Of a stretch of DNA of 64,000 bases, positions 62,820 to 64,000 are shown piece after piece. Below the pieces are notes generated by a model, which ran no database searches, was not told where the DNA came from, and saw nothing but the letters and a program-made list of their open reading frames with translations. This stretch comes from Mytilus trossulus. Taxonomy: Eukaryota. Made by a program: the position numbers and the translations under genes. Positions within the stretch are counted from its first letter, which is position 1, and every line of letters begins with the position of its first letter. The stretch spans positions 6,634,001 to 6,698,000 of the forward strand of contig NC_086385.1 of NCBI RefSeq assembly GCF_036588685.1, read 5' to 3'.

Positions 62820-63545
62820 TGAACAAAAAACAATATGTAACACCGCATCAAACGACAACCACTGAATTACAGGCTCCTGACTTTGGACAGGCACATACAT
62901 ACAGAATGTGGCGAGATTAAACATGTCAGCGGGATCCCAACACTCCCCTTTACCTGGGACAGTGGTGTAACAGTACAACATAAGAACAAACTATACAAAT
63001 CAGTTGAAAAAGGCTTAACTCATCAGATGGATACACATAGAAATACATCTAACAAAAACACAGAGTGGACGGGACCGAGTACTTGTACATCCCATCAACA
63101 AAAAGACACTAAGAACAGATCTTAGAGTACTCGCAGTTACTGACAGCTAGTTCAAAGCTAATAACAACTAATAAAAAAAGTGATGCATCTGAGACTAAAT
63201 TATCAATCATTTCACATCCAACATCCAATGGCACTGTAAACAACATCTCCGTAAAAATGAGGATGTGCTATCCCGTTTGAAATAGGTTTTCTACAGGTAG
63301 AACCAAACTTCAAAACCAAATCTTTACATCTACGGAAGAATTTAGTAAAGATTTTAAGTGATTTGTGGTAACGAAATCCCTGACTTAATAATTTACCAGT
63401 AATACATAGATTATGTCCATTAAAATCCAAAACGTTACAACAGACACGGGCATAGCGGAGGAGTTGTGATACACAAACACCGTAAGATAGTGCCAAAGGA
63501 ACATCACCTTCCAAAATAGGAAAATTAACAATAGGGAACGAAGTA
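62820..63545 (-). mobile_element. Penelope-like 3' fragment (RT thumb plus family B tail)
   Basis: SFPIVNFPILEGDVPLALSYGVCVSQLLRYARVCC..ITGKLLSQGF..IFTKFF, followed by sequence matching 14055-14270. Confidence 0.85.
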
Positions 63546-64000
63546 TGGAAAGCAACACAAATACTTTTAAAATTATCACTACACTAGAACACACCCGCGA
63601 AATCGCGGTCATTCAGAACGTATTTGAAAGGATGTAAAGTGTTGTAGGAAGAATTTTGTAAAAGATTTAATGACTTGAGAATTTCAGGAAAAGTATCAAA
63701 AGTCATAGGTACTTGGGGACAGGAATATGTTTTTTTTAACCCTCCTCCTTTATTTCCAAAATTCCCATTTTTTGTTTTATTTTAATTTCATTATGAACAT
63801 AGTACATTAAGTGTACATGTATTATGAACATTCCAGTCAGGAGCCTGTAATTCAGTGGTTCAGTGATATTTGTTTTTCGTTCATTTTTTGTACGAAAATA
63901 ATTAAGGCTGTTAGTTTTCTCATTTGAATTGTTTTACATTGTCATTTCGGGGCCTTTTATATCAGATTATGCAGTAATTTGGGACAGGATAATTGTTTTT

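Overview
AT-rich animal genomic DNA. The repeat families suggest a bivalve, probably Mytilus (inference). The core is a tandem pair of intron-containing, NLR-like genes on the + strand with the architecture HEPN-type RNase domain - coiled coil - nSTAND3-type P-loop NTPase - ankyrin array. Gene 1 spans 8269-23908 with about 34 ankyrin repeats; gene 2 spans 35736-44736 with about 8-9. They share a 60-nt phase-1 linker exon and the large NTPase-ankyrin last exon, but carry two different HEPN effector modules. Both have frame-disrupting lesions, although gene 1 stays open through its HEPN and NTPase core. The rest is a dense mobile-element landscape: two related families of ~350-nt hammerhead-ribozyme retroelements (retrozyme-like, two intact cores); many Penelope-like fragments; a 5.3-kb long-TIR DNA transposon with a 6-bp TSD (IS3EU-like) that splits a Penelope-like RT; two LINE fragments; a Gypsy gag-pro fragment inside nested TIR elements; Kolobok-, Helitron- and Helentron-type non-autonomous elements; and a compact cluster of exon remnants, including a HIRAN domain, near 60.4-62.3 kb. 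All domain and family names come from motif recognition by eye, not from database searches.
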